Below are positions 1 to 11,139 of a stretch of DNA of 34,692 nt, in pieces; position 1 is the stretch's first letter; the number at the start of each line of letters is the position of its first letter. The DNA comes from Octopus bimaculoides (Eukaryota), in NCBI RefSeq assembly GCF_001194135.2, contig NC_068985.1, positions 115,586,712 through 115,621,403 on the forward strand, given 5' to 3'. The notes under the pieces were generated by a model, which was given only the letters and a program-made list of their open reading frames with translations, was not told the DNA's origin and made no database searches. Made by a program: the position numbers and the translations under genes.

Positions 1-156
1 ATATATACGACGGGCTTCAGTTTCCGTCTACCAAATCCACTCACAAGGCTTTGGTCGGCACGAGGCTATAGTAGAAACACTTGCCCAAGGTGTAACGCAG
101 TGGGACTGAACCCGGAACCATGTGGTTCGCAAGCAAGCTACTTACCAGACAGCCAC
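1..156 (-). mobile_element. tRNA-derived SINE family A, 5' half (cut by window edge)
   Basis: The reverse complement reads GTGGCTGTCTGGTAAG (A-box-like)...GGTTCAGTCCC (B-box-like)...ACCTTGGGCAAGTGT...GTGGATTTGGTAGACGGAAAC. It is homologous to the copies at 17942, 27450 and 33650. Confidence 0.9.
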
Positions 157-990
157 TGACATTGGACTGCGGCTATGCTGGGACAGCGCACGCAGTAGGG
201 TTTAGTTGTTCGGTTCTACGCATGTAATTAAATATTTTTGGGGAAGACTGGTTCTTATTCTACCAGGCTCTATTGCAAAAGCGATAAGTTGCAAGGACGA
301 AAAGTAACAAGCACCTGTTGACAAAAGGTGGCAGAAGTTGACAATTACTGACAGGCACAAAGATGTTCCTGTAAAACATATAGACACGCGCAAATAAACA
401 TACATATCAGACGTTTTTTTTTATCAGATGCTGGTCAATATGCGTTTCCTGGCATTGTTATAACTTTCGAATGGTGCCACCTCACTGTTACGCAGGCAAG
501 TTGAAATTTTCTCCTGGAAAAACACATGTCCGTCGCAGAATAACTCACATCAAAACTGTGTGGAATATATCAATGTAAAAAGAACTTTGTCGCACCAAAA
601 CAGAACTTATCGCTTGTTTAGGAATCGAAATCACGATCCTGGAATTCTGACTGCAACGCCCCAGTTACTACCTCACGCTCCTTTACACGCGCACACAAAC
701 ACATATCTGTATATATATGTAGACGCGCGCGCGCACACACACACATATAAACATGCTATGTACATACATAAATAGATACATATATATATACACACACGCA
801 CACATATATATATATATACACACACAAATACACATATATACAAGTATTTATAGTTTATGGAACCAATATAGTTAGAATAAACAAAAATATATTGCATCCA
901 TCGAGAGATAAATATCAATTTAATACAGATTTCTAAAGTATCATAAAAACATGAAAATATTTGTAGCGCTTTCGTAATGTGAATTAAATA

Positions 991-1215
991 CATTTCTTTA
1001 TTGCCCACAGCAGGTTAAACATAGAGGGGACAAACAATGACAGGCAAAGGGGTAAAATAGATTATATCGACCCAGTGCCTAACTGGCACTTATTTAATCG
1101 ACCCCAAAAGAATGAAAAGCAAAGTCTCTCTCGCTGGAATTGGAACTCAAAACGTAACGGTAGACGAAGTACCGCTAAGGATTTCGCTCCGCATCTTAGC
1201 GATTCTGCCAGCTCG
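991..1215 (-). mobile_element. tRNA-derived SINE family B, full length, tail type 1
   Basis: The reverse complement aligns end to end with the plus-strand copy at 21623-21853 (GAGCTGGCAGAATCG head, GGGGTCGAT core, TGTGGGCAATAAAGAAAT tail). Confidence 0.9.
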
Positions 1216-1327
1216 AAGACACACACACAGACGCACACACATAGACACACAGACACACAGACAGACACACACATATGCATATCGATTTCGTTCTTCCTTT
1301 CTTTCTTTCTTTCTCCTCACTCTTTGT

Positions 1328-1368
<41 letters not shown>

Positions 1369-1370
1369 CA

Positions 1371-1516
1371 ACGGATATACTTTCGTGCATGAAACTCTCG
1401 GAAGCCATCGGTCGGCCAGAGCCTGTAGTTGAAGACACTAGCTCAAGGTGCAGCAATGTAGGACTGAACTTGAAACCTCGTGGCTGCAAAGCGAGCTTCT
1501 TAAGCACACATCCATA
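1371..1516 (-). mobile_element. SINE family A, diverged 5' half
   Basis: GTCGGCC..GAAGACACT..CAAGGTG..GGACTGAAC..AGCTTCTTAAGCACACA matches the copy at 1-156. Confidence 0.8.
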
Positions 1517-1876
1517 TCTTATTAAACATCTAGTTTATGATACGTGTGTGTATCTGCCTACATTTGAATATATATATTTTATGATATAACAGACCATCCT
1601 GATACACATGTATGCACGTATTGATGCCTGCATATTCGTTTCTATGTATACATTATGATGTACAAGTATTGCATTAAAAATTTATCTGTCTATTCACATA
1701 TGCTATTGTGTAGAGATTCATATATACCTATTTTTTTAAGCGAATATAGATAACGTTGTGGCTATTTTTAAGTGTGCTTGTCTTTGTGTATATCTTTCCT
1801 TGCGTAAAAATGTCTTTTTTTAATCAGTTATGTGATTGAGTACATGTCTCCCTGTTCATATGAACGCAAACAAAGT

Positions 1877-1877
<1 letters not shown>

Positions 1878-1926
<49 letters not shown>

Positions 1927-1931
1927 GTCTG

Positions 1932-1963
<32 letters not shown>

Positions 1964-1972
1964 GCTAGCTAT
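1878..1972. repeat. (TATC)n tetranucleotide microsatellite
   Basis: Directly visible run with a short TGTC interruption. Confidence 0.95.
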
Positions 1973-2044
1973 CTCTGACTAGGTAATCCGTCGGCGGACA
2001 AGAAATTTCCTTCTCAATCACATGATGTAACAGGTTCGGCAAAA

Positions 2045-2165
2045 CAGAACGCAAGAATAAGCATAACACTTGAAGTGACAAAGTACTGGAGTTCACTCGT
2101 TTGACCAAAATTTTTCATGCCAGTTTCTCAGCATGACCATTGTTCAATGAGTGAAGAATTAAAAG
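2045..2165 (+). mobile_element. SINE family A, degenerate 3' half
   Basis: GGTTCGGCAAAA..AGAATAAG..GTACTGG..CAGCATGACC..AATGAGTGAA resembles the 3' halves at 9870 and 30670. Confidence 0.6.
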
Positions 2166-3559
2166 TTAAAATATAAACACTAAAAAACTATACAGGCGTG
2201 CACATATATACATTTATAGACACACTCTCTCTCACGCACACGCATAATTCGCAATTTTCAACTTCATTTGTCAAGCAACAGAATTTGATAATAAAAACTG
2301 AACTGGATTAAATTACTATTTTTTTTCTGAATAGCTGGAATTCTAAGGCGATTATGCCGATTGCCACATATCATTCTATGACAATATAACAAAATTCTTA
2401 ATGTATCACCTGCCTTTTCTGATCTCATCCGTCTGTCTGTCAAACTGCTTCGATCTCTCTCTCTTTCTCTCTGTGTGTATANNNNNNNNNNNNNNNNNNN
2501 NNNNNNNNNNNNNNNNNNNNNNNNNNNNNNNNNNNNNNNNNNNNNNNNNNNNNNNNNNNNNNNNNNNNNNNNNNNNNNNNNNNNNNNNNNNNNNNNNNNN
2601 NNNNNNNNNNNNNNNNNNNNNNNNNNNNNNNNNNNNNNNNNNNNNNNNNNNNNNNNNNNNATGTGTGTGTGTGTGTGTGTGTGTGCGTGTGTGTGTGTGT
2701 GTAATATATGTATGTATGTATGTATGCATGTATGTATGTATGTATGTATGCATGTATCTTCCTCTCTGTAATCGAAATAACAGAACGGAGATTGAAATGA
2801 ATTTAGCATATATTTATTTGCAGTTACTATTGCTTCCGTATTACTTTGATTTTAAAACCACTGCACCTAAATGATTTCATGTGAAATGCTATGCAATATT
2901 ACATTGGCGAAGCACTTCATCAAAAGCTGCCCTGTTAAAATGGTTAAAGGCCTAGCGCTTTATGTTGCTTGTATAGAGACGAAAGTAGATAGTAAAATAA
3001 AGAACAACACCAAGTGAACTGTCAATCTCAGTTGAGATTCCAGTTCGTGAATATAGATAGCAAGAAGCTTGGTTTGACTGCTGCGTTGCAATTAAACCTT
3101 CTTTCTACGCTGTCGGGTGTTATAGTATGTATGTTTATGGCGTAGCTGTAACATTGTCCTTTACAGGACTACCACGTTATGTTGGTATATAAACATTACT
3201 ATATATGGATATACATCTGTCAAAGATCAGAAAATTATTTAAGTTCTTATTGAATACAATAAAGGTAGCATAAAATTTCGAGGTTCCCTCCATATTTTCT
3301 TGTTACCTCACAAACTTCAGTACTATTCCAGTGTTGCTTGGAATATCACTAGCAAAACAGTTTTCTATAATTTTAACCCAACCTGCTTGAATGAATATTG
3401 AGATATCCTGAGATAAATCACAATACATCAGTTTTATTTTATATAAGTTTCATCACCGAAAAAATAATAAATCTTCGTGAAAACTTTTATACAAACATAT
3501 ATGCTTACGTAAAGCTTCCGTTTTCTGAATTCCGCTCGTAAGTGGTCGATTAAAACGGG

Positions 3560-3960
3560 TTAGATTAGAAAACTTTAGCTCAGATTTCCTCAAAACGGTA
3601 CTGTCAGACGGAAATGCTGAATTTATAATCACATAAATACAATTTGACTTCTTAAATCTTGAGTTGAATATGACTAGCTTAGTTCCTTTCGCCGTTGAAT
3701 GAGACGAAATGACATTTATCTTTAAATCTAGGCTGCAAAAGGAAAAAGTGTAGCTGAATATATTCCTAAACTACAACGAATAATTTGAAATTATTATCAG
3801 CAATAACAATGCCATGATGCCACGACATGAGAATGGGAAAATATCGTTGTTTGCTATTTGAGAATATGATTCGAGGAGATCCGTGTCAAGAACTACTTGA
3901 GTGTTACCCATAACCATTCAAGATTTATATAACAATGATGAATGTCTACCAATGAAAATA
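3560..3960 (+). pseudogene. Probable degenerate Ty3/gypsy gag relic
   Basis: With frameshifts, ~3690-3790 reads P-L-N-E-T..F-I-F-K-S-R-L-Q-K-E-K-S-V-A-E-Y-I-P-K-L-Q-R. This resembles the gypsy gag pattern NETYERxxFxxRxQxxGESVxEYIxxLRxL. A weak IRQELLE-like segment follows at ~3880-3900. Confidence 0.45.
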
Positions 3961-3996
3961 AGTAGGTACATATTAACGCAACTGGACCTTCGAAAT

Positions 3997-4909
3997 TACG
4001 AAGTCGCATTTCAAGGTTCCCGGACAAGTTATGTTTAATAAAAGATAATTTATTTTCTTAAGTTTTAATATCATATTCTTAGAAATAGTTATATTGCGCA
4101 GCAATATACTGGTCCCAGGTCCTGCCACTTTTGGAATCCGGTCTGGAAGTCGTTTTCTGTAAGGGAGTCGGGAACATTCTGCGATTCGCTCTGGATTTCG
4201 ACAACGGTGTTAAAACACCAACCTTTGAGCAGCATTTTCATCTTGGGGATGAAAGTTTGCAGGTGCTAAATCTGGTGAATAGGGTGGGTGCGGGGGCAAT
4301 ATCATGTTGGTGAGAAACTCACGAGGGAGGATATCTCAGTGACAGGGTGCATTGTAGACGTGAAAAATCTAATTTTCCGCGCACCACAGATCTGGTCACT
4401 TTCGCCCCTTACGCGCTTCAAAACATCGCAATAGAACTCTCGATTGACGGTCTGGCCCTGGGGCACGAATTCTCGATGCGCAATAATACATTTTTGGGGG
4501 TGTCGCTCGTGGTAGTTCTTCCATTTGGCTCATCGTCTACAAAGGGGTTTCTTCCGTTTTTGAAGCGTCCGCGCTTCAAGAATCATTTCGTACGACCCGT
4601 TGCCTCGTCGCCGTAAGCTTGCCAAAGCATGCTCAATATTTTTGTAGCAGACTTGCCAAGTTTAATGCAAAATTCCATGTTGGCTCTTTGTTCTTGTCTA
4701 TGATAAAAAATCAAAAAAAATCAAACTACACTACACGTGATACCGAAAACACTAATTTCACAATTTGCGAAGTAAATACAGCGATTTCACTCGGTGCACT
4801 ACCTCATGAAGGTCACTGCTAGCTCCCATTGCACTCGCAACTGTGTGCTGCTAGTTGTTAGTGCGCTACAGAACTACTCCTGGAACTTTTTTTTTTATAC
4901 CACCTCGTA
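3997..4909 (-). mobile_element. Mariner DNA transposon, internally deleted, transposase pseudogene
   Basis: Imperfect TIRs TACGAAGTCG..GTTCCCGGA (3997) and TACGAGGTGG..GTTCCAGGA (reverse complement, ending 4909), with TA at both ends. The minus strand gives QRANMEFCIKLGKSATKILSMLWQAYGDEA (HTH), HREFVPQGQTVNREFY, HVYNAPCH (HDNAPxH), HPPYSPDLAPANF and WDQYIAAQYNYF. It has stops and frameshifts, and a deletion junction near 4487. Confidence 0.95.
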
Positions 4910-5566
4910 TTTCATGCCAAATGAATTACGTAGTTGAATTAGTCCAACATGCAATCCAGTTTGTGTTATGACATGGGTATACACATCTGGTGTAAAATAG
5001 TATTACACAAATACGCTGTTAGTTGTAGTTATCTAAAAATAGCCTATCGCAGAGTATATGTTTACACTGAACACACTCCACACAACTCGAACATAGGTAC
5101 GATACTGAGTATTCACTGTTCAGCTGCAGACGGTTAAACCAACAGATGTCTAGCACGGGTAAACCAAGCCGGTCTAACTAACACTGTCTACTACCACTTT
5201 GACTTTGATGCAGTGATGGATCAATTCTTATTTATTGTAATCGGTTAGACCACCTCCAGTCACGTGGGTGTATTCAGGATTCTCTCATAACAGTTTGCTA
5301 ATTGTCTTCGTCAGGCATGATACATCATATACCTTCTAATATTCAGTAAATTTACCTTGCACTGGACACATTGCAAAGCTACCGCAATGGAGAAACAAAC
5401 TAGGAACGTATGGCTTATGAAGGGAACTGTTTTACACGTGCAAATCTAAGTGCTATTCGCAGAAAAATAAAAGAAAAGACGGCATGATCAGGATTGGCCA
5501 TCGAACATGCATGAGTCTGATACGATGGATTAAAGTTTGCAGAACTGGCTATAAAAACACGTGCGG

Positions 5567-5610
5567 GTGCACACATTCAATACGCGCGTGCACACATTCA
5601 ATACGCGCGT
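5567..5610. repeat. Perfect 21-bp tandem duplication GTGCACACATTCAATACGCGC x2
   Basis: Units at 5567-5587 and 5588-5608, followed by GT. Confidence 0.95.
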
Positions 5611-5842
5611 ACACGTGTATAAAAACGAACCCCATCAAATGATCATGATTATTTTAAAGCGAATACTTTGAGTCATTCATATATTCGTCAGCAATCATTG
5701 TACTACTAAATCCTCTCTCTCTCGCTATATATATATTTATATGTATGACTATACGTGCATTTGTATGTATTATGTTGTTCAAATGATTGTTTTTTTGTTG
5801 GCTGTTTTTTTTTTGTTTTTTTGTTTGTTCTATTTGACGTAG

Positions 5843-5914
5843 TAACTAACAATGGCTTGCCTGTCTATTGCTCATGTGAGAAGCTGTTTTGCTTTTGTCG
5901 ATTATAATAAGCAG
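5843..5914 (+). other. Candidate exon with start codon (MACLSIAHVRSCFAFVDYNKQ)
   Basis: A long T-rich tract is followed by AG at 5841-5842. The ATG at 5852 sits in ACAATGG context with an in-frame upstream TAA. The donor is CAG|GTATGA at 5914/5915. No recognisable homology. Confidence 0.25.
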
Positions 5915-6029
5915 GTATGAATTGTAGCGGGAGGGTTTGGAGATGTAAGGAAGCAATCTGTTTTACAACAGGTAATCCTCTATCATGTTCGTGTTCGTTA
6001 TAAAGAGACAAAGGTTTACTACACACTCG

Positions 6030-6031
<2 letters not shown>

Positions 6032-6092
<61 letters not shown>
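6032..6092. repeat. (CA)n microsatellite
   Basis: Uninterrupted run of about 30 units. Confidence 0.97.
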
Positions 6093-6096
<4 letters not shown>

Positions 6097-8526
6097 GTAC
6101 TTCAGAAGAGGGAGTGTGGAAGCGGTAAAAATGAAAATCGGGATTATGACGTGGTGCAGAAGGAAGGATGTGGTAAAGACAGACAAAAATCAATGAATAT
6201 ATTGATTGAAATAAATGGTCCCAACACGAGAATACTTAATTCGAGAAGTAATGCTATTGTTCTCATTGCAGTTGTTGTTGTTGTTGTTGTTGGTGTTGTC
6301 GTTTTTCTTGTTCTTGTTATACATGTCAGTGATCTTGTGGGACATTGCAAAACATATATTGATATACCATTGTAATTCTGTATGAATATATGAGTATGTA
6401 CGTACATACGTATGTACGTATGCATTTATGTATGTATGTATGTATGAATATATTATATATATATATTTGTATATGTATACGTATATATNNNNNNNNNNNN
6501 NNNNNNNNNNNNNNNNNNNNNNNNNNNNNNNNNNNNNNNNNNNNNNNNNNNNNNNNNNNNNNNNNNNNNNNNNNNNNNNNNNNNNNNNNNNNNNNNNNNN
6601 NNNNNNNNNNNNNNNNNNNNNNNNNNNNNNNNNNNNNNNNNNNNNNNNNNNNNNNNNNNNNNNNNNNNNNNNNNNNNNNNNNNNNNNNNNNNNNNNNNNN
6701 NNNNNNNNNNNNNNNNNNNNNNNNNNNNNNNNNNNNNNNNNNNNNNNNNNNNNNNNNNNNNNNNNNNNNNNNNNNNNNNNNNNNNNNNNNNNNNNNNNNN
6801 NNNNNNNNNNNNNNNNNNNNNNNNNNNNNNNNNNNNNNNNNNNNNNNNNNNNNNNNNNNNNNNNNNNNNNNNNNNNNNNNNNNNNNNNNNNNNNNNNNNN
6901 NNNNNNNNATATATATATATATATATATATATATAAAGATACATGTGTAAATATATATATATATGTGTGTGTAAATGTAAAAAGTACTTATGTTGTGTCA
7001 TTGTAACGCATGACTATATGTATGTATGTGTGTACGTATGTATGTATGTAAGTATGTATGTATGTATGTATTTATTTATGAGGAATACTTCGGCTGTTCT
7101 CTCATTAACCAAGGGACTTCCCGCAGTAGGTACATAACAAAGAGCGTATTCAGTTTCATTGGTGATCGGCTAATGTCTCTTTTATGAATCGAGACAAAAA
7201 GCCACTCACGCTCTGATGGTTGAACATAAAGCGTCACATCTACACTCAACGATCACCAAGGATTTAGAGAGAATGTTTGAGCACAAAGATATATATGCGT
7301 GCATATATATATTACGTTTATGTGTATATAAGTGTCTGACTCTGTATACATACATACACACACACATACATACATACATACATACATACATGCATACATA
7401 CATACATACAGATATGGACATATACATGTATGTATATGTGTCTCTGCGTGAGTGTGTGTGTGTATGTGTGTACCTAGTTGTGGTTGCTGGTGTGTATGCG
7501 TGTGAGTACATCAGATTATTTTTTTTTTTTATGTATGAGTAGACCGATGTATAAGCTTATGCATGAATCATGTATAATCTAGGTCTACATGAATATATAC
7601 ATGCATGTATGTGTGTATATGTGTGTGTGTATGTGTGTGTGTGTGTGCATGCATGCGTATGTTGATATATACGTGCGTATCAACAATTTTAACGTATGTA
7701 AATATATAGATATTTGTATGTATGTGAGTGACTGTGTGTGTATACATATGTATATATAAATATATATATATATATATANNNNNNNNNNNNNNNNNNNNNN
7801 NNNNNNNNNNNNNNNNNNNNNNNNNNNNNNNNNNNNNNNNNNNNNNNNNNNNNNNNNNNNNNNNNNNNNNNNNNNNNNNNNNNNNNNNNNNNNNNNNNNN
7901 NNNNNNNNNNNNNNNNNNNNNNNNNNNNNNNNNNNNNNNNNNNNNNNNNNNNNNNNNNNNNNNNNNNNNNNNNNNNNNNNNNNNNNNNNNNNNNNNNNNN
8001 NNNNNNNNNNNNNNNNNNNNNNNNNNNNNNNNNNNNNNNNNNNNNNNNNNNNNNNNNNNNNNNNNNNNNNNNNNNNNNNNNNNNNNNNNNNNNNNNNNNN
8101 NNNNNNNNNNNNNNNNNNNNNNNNNNNNNNNNNNNNNNNNNNNNNNNNNNNNNNNNNNNNNNNNNNNNNNNNNNNNNNNNNNNNNNNNNNNNNTCACACA
8201 CAGATGCGCAATCGCTCTAGATGCCCATAGTTATAATAAACAAAAGTGTGCTGCTTTTTACATGATTCTTGTATCTGTGTAATTCTGTGTGTTTGTGTGT
8301 GTGTGTATGTTTGTGTGTGTGGGGGGGGGTTGCGCGCGTGTGTGTGTGTGTGTTTTGACGCATGAGTATTGTTGCATCTGCCGAGGAAGGCATTTGTACT
8401 TTCATTGTTCCCATTAACACAAGGACTCTCTTGTTGGTGTCATCAAATTGATTATTTCACAATTAAGATAAGGTTTGTCCACTTGGTTGCTGGATATGAT
8501 GAGTTTTTTTTTTTTTTTCTTAACAG

Positions 8527-8602
8527 AACGTAATGAATCGATGAATAATCATTGGCCTCACCAGATTTCTACTTCTGGAGTTTTCTCTCTATGTGTTTCT
8601 GT
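8527..8602 (+). other. Candidate internal exon (xRNESMNNHWPHQISTSGVFSLCVS)
   Basis: Strong acceptor (T)n-CTTAACAG at 8526 and a GTGAGT donor at 8603. Only one of the three frames is open. No recognisable homology. Confidence 0.2.
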
Positions 8603-9052
8603 GTGAGTATGAATAGACACTAATCTGTGATTATATATATATATGATTGTACGTATAAATATTTGTATCTTAATATATATATATATATATATATTGAAGT
8701 CTTATCAATATATATCCGGCTTTTGTCACAATAACGAAGCTAAAGCACACAGAGTGAAGCCGTTTATCACACATGCATACTCACACACATGTACAACATT
8801 TCACATAAAATAACACACATACGCATAAGTGGTTCATTTGGAATATGAGTTTCGTCAAGGATAATATTGCATAATAGAAAATTTACAATTTTATTATAAT
8901 TTTTCTAAACTAAATTACTCATAGGTTCCACGCTTCCGATTGTTGTATGTGTGGATTAAAGCTAGAATATGTATTTCCTTTATCGTATTGGTGTTTCTTG
9001 TTTTTCTTCTTTAGAATTAAACAGAGGTAAAAACAACTCAACCGAAATGTTC

Positions 9053-9190
9053 CAGCCAAATGTTCTTGGGATCAGTTACACTGCCCTGCACCTTCGGCAA
9101 GTGTCTTCTATAAAAAACCCTGACCAACAAAAACCTTGAGAATAGACATGGTAGATGGTAGAGATGCATCGAACGAAGCCTTCGTACATA
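9053..9190 (+). mobile_element. SINE family A, diverged 5' half
   Basis: GGGATCAGTTACACTGC..CACCTTCGGCAAGTGTCTTCTA..GACCAA..GGTAGA..AAGCCTTCGTA followed by a microsatellite. Confidence 0.75.
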
Positions 9191-9213
9191 CATATATATG
9201 TGCGTGTGTGTGC

Positions 9214-9246
<33 letters not shown>

Positions 9247-9355
9247 CAATATGTGTATATGTATATATATATATATACATATCTATATGTGTGTGTGTGT
9301 TTGTGTAATGTTTGTATGTATATGTGTGTTTGTGTATTATGTTCGTATGTATATC

Positions 9356-9392
<37 letters not shown>

Positions 9393-9653
9393 NNNNNNNN
9401 NNNNNNNNNNNNNNNNNNNNNNNNNNNNNNNNNNNNNNNNNNNNNNNNNNNNNNNNNNNNNNNNNNNNNNNNNNNNNNNNNNNNNNNNNNNNNNNNNNNN
9501 NNNNNNNNNNNNNNNNNNNNNNNNNNNNNNNNNNNNNNNNNNNTATATATATGTATATATATGGGAGAATGTACGAAAAAACAACAACAGACGAGGACAG
9601 GTGGTGTAAATAACAAAAAGATGTATTAGTATGACGCTCGGGAATACAGAAAG

Positions 9654-9690
9654 TCTTTGACGTTTCGAGCTACGCTCTGCAACAGAAAGA
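9654..9690 (-). ncRNA. Minimal type-I hammerhead ribozyme motif, core-variant or decayed
   Basis: Minus strand: UCUUU-CUGUUGC-A-GAGC-GUA-GCUC-GAAA-CG-UC-AAAGA. It has a 5-bp stem I, a 4-bp stem II, a palindromic ACGU stem III and a GUC site. The core deviates at A6 and A9. Confidence 0.7.
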
Positions 9691-9795
9691 ATACGGAGAC
9701 AAGGAGAAAAACACGGAGAAAAAAAAATTGAATAGTGTTCAGTCAACGGTCAAGTGTGTGTGCGTCATATGTGTGCATATATATATATATGTGTA

Positions 9796-9836
<41 letters not shown>

Positions 9837-9869
9837 GTTTGTATGTATACACATGCGCGTATGCATATT

Positions 9870-10070
9870 TGTGTTTGTGTTACAGTTTGTCACCCAACAT
9901 CGCATGACTATCGTTTACGTCCCCATAACTTAGTGGTTTGGCATAAATGGAGAAAGTCTCAACCTTAGAATACAAACTTAAGTACTAATGTCGAATTGTG
10001 TATTTAAACTTTTCAAGGCGGTGCACCATCTTGGCCGCAGTTTAATGACTGAAACACAAGCAAAATAAAA
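9870..10070 (+). mobile_element. SINE family A, 3' half
   Basis: TTTACGTCCCCATAACTTAG..AAGGCGGTGCACCATCTTGGCCGCAGTTTAATGACTGAAACA matches the reverse complements at 27450-27630 and 33650-33830. Confidence 0.85.
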
Positions 10071-11099
10071 GTTAAAATATAAACGAGACATTTTTCAGAA
10101 TTGTCATAAGGTAAATGCTTGCGCATTTTGATAGAAATCTGAAAGAGAGAGTAATTGTCTCTTTTATCCCATGCCTGATTGAACATACTCGATGAAGAAG
10201 GATGTTTGTGGATGATTAAATTGTTCTTGCTCTGTAATGAGAAGACAGAGCAACATATAAATCTGAGTAATATTCGACGTTTGGAGATGAACGAGTAAAA
10301 CGATTCCGAAGACAAGGCTTGTACCATTTTGGATATTTGATGAATTCCATTGAAGTTATATTAACAAGAAGAAAAAAAAAATGATTAAAGCAATCCATAT
10401 TATATTAAGCAATGAGCAAAAAGGAAAACAAAACAAAATGGACTAATTGTTACAAAGGTTATGAGGTAGAGAAAGAGTTTTGACGTATATGAAGTAAAAT
10501 TAATATAGAGAATATGATAAATTTAATGGAGGTTATATTAATATGGAGAATGTTTGTAATAAAGTAGCGTGAACAATGTTTGTCTGCTTAATAATTAATT
10601 GCATAGCACTGCGGTTATATGAAAAAGATAGTCGAAATGGACATGCTGACTTGTGTAAGGAAAGAATAGAAAGAGAACTGGGAGAAATATTCAATATTAG
10701 ATTTTAAGCTCTGAATTAATGGTATAACATTACTTTGAAACTTAGTTTTGACGTTTCCCTCTGTTGTTTGACATACATGTGCATAAAGGTATTTGGGTAT
10801 ATAGGGATAAATCTATTCAAAATCCAGCTTGTAGATATTCATGTATCTCTCAACTAACGTGCGCATCTGCCAGGATATTCTTGTATGATGCGCACGCAAA
10901 TGTTGATATGTATGTATTTGCTTGCTTACGTAATAGTACATATCCATTTGCGCAGTCGTACTTCTTGCTCGTACGTACACAAGTACGCACATCCATATAC
11001 GCACGCGTCCACACACGGAAGAGACATGAATTCTCATAGATACGAATTTAGATTCACGAGTAGATAGATACGGACACCAACACGCAGAGACTTGGATAT

Positions 11100-11139
<40 letters not shown>

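Noticed and set aside
435-495. Minus-strand TGGCA/TGCCA stem followed by GAAACGCATA
   Set aside because: No CUGANGA core (CAGTGAG at best) and poor stem I.
3731-3790. GKSVAEYIPKL resembling glutaminase GKVADYIPQL
   Set aside because: A stop follows within a few codons, and the flanks fit a gypsy gag motif better.
5356-5399. Minus-strand mini-exon reading ALQCVQCK (Ly6/Quiver-like start) with an AAG|GTAAAT donor
   Set aside because: Only 8-14 residues long, and I found no signal-peptide exon upstream or Cys-rich exon downstream.
6144-6425. ORF with a Thr-rich stretch and hydrophobic tail resembling a GPI-anchor signal
   Set aside because: The Thr run is an (AAC)n microsatellite, the start lies in a microsatellite, and there are no convincing splice sites.
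10190-10380. Possible RTE-LINE C-terminal relic (RFRRQGLYHFGYLM versus RRLRWFGH)
   Set aside because: One weak motif with no flanking RT motifs.
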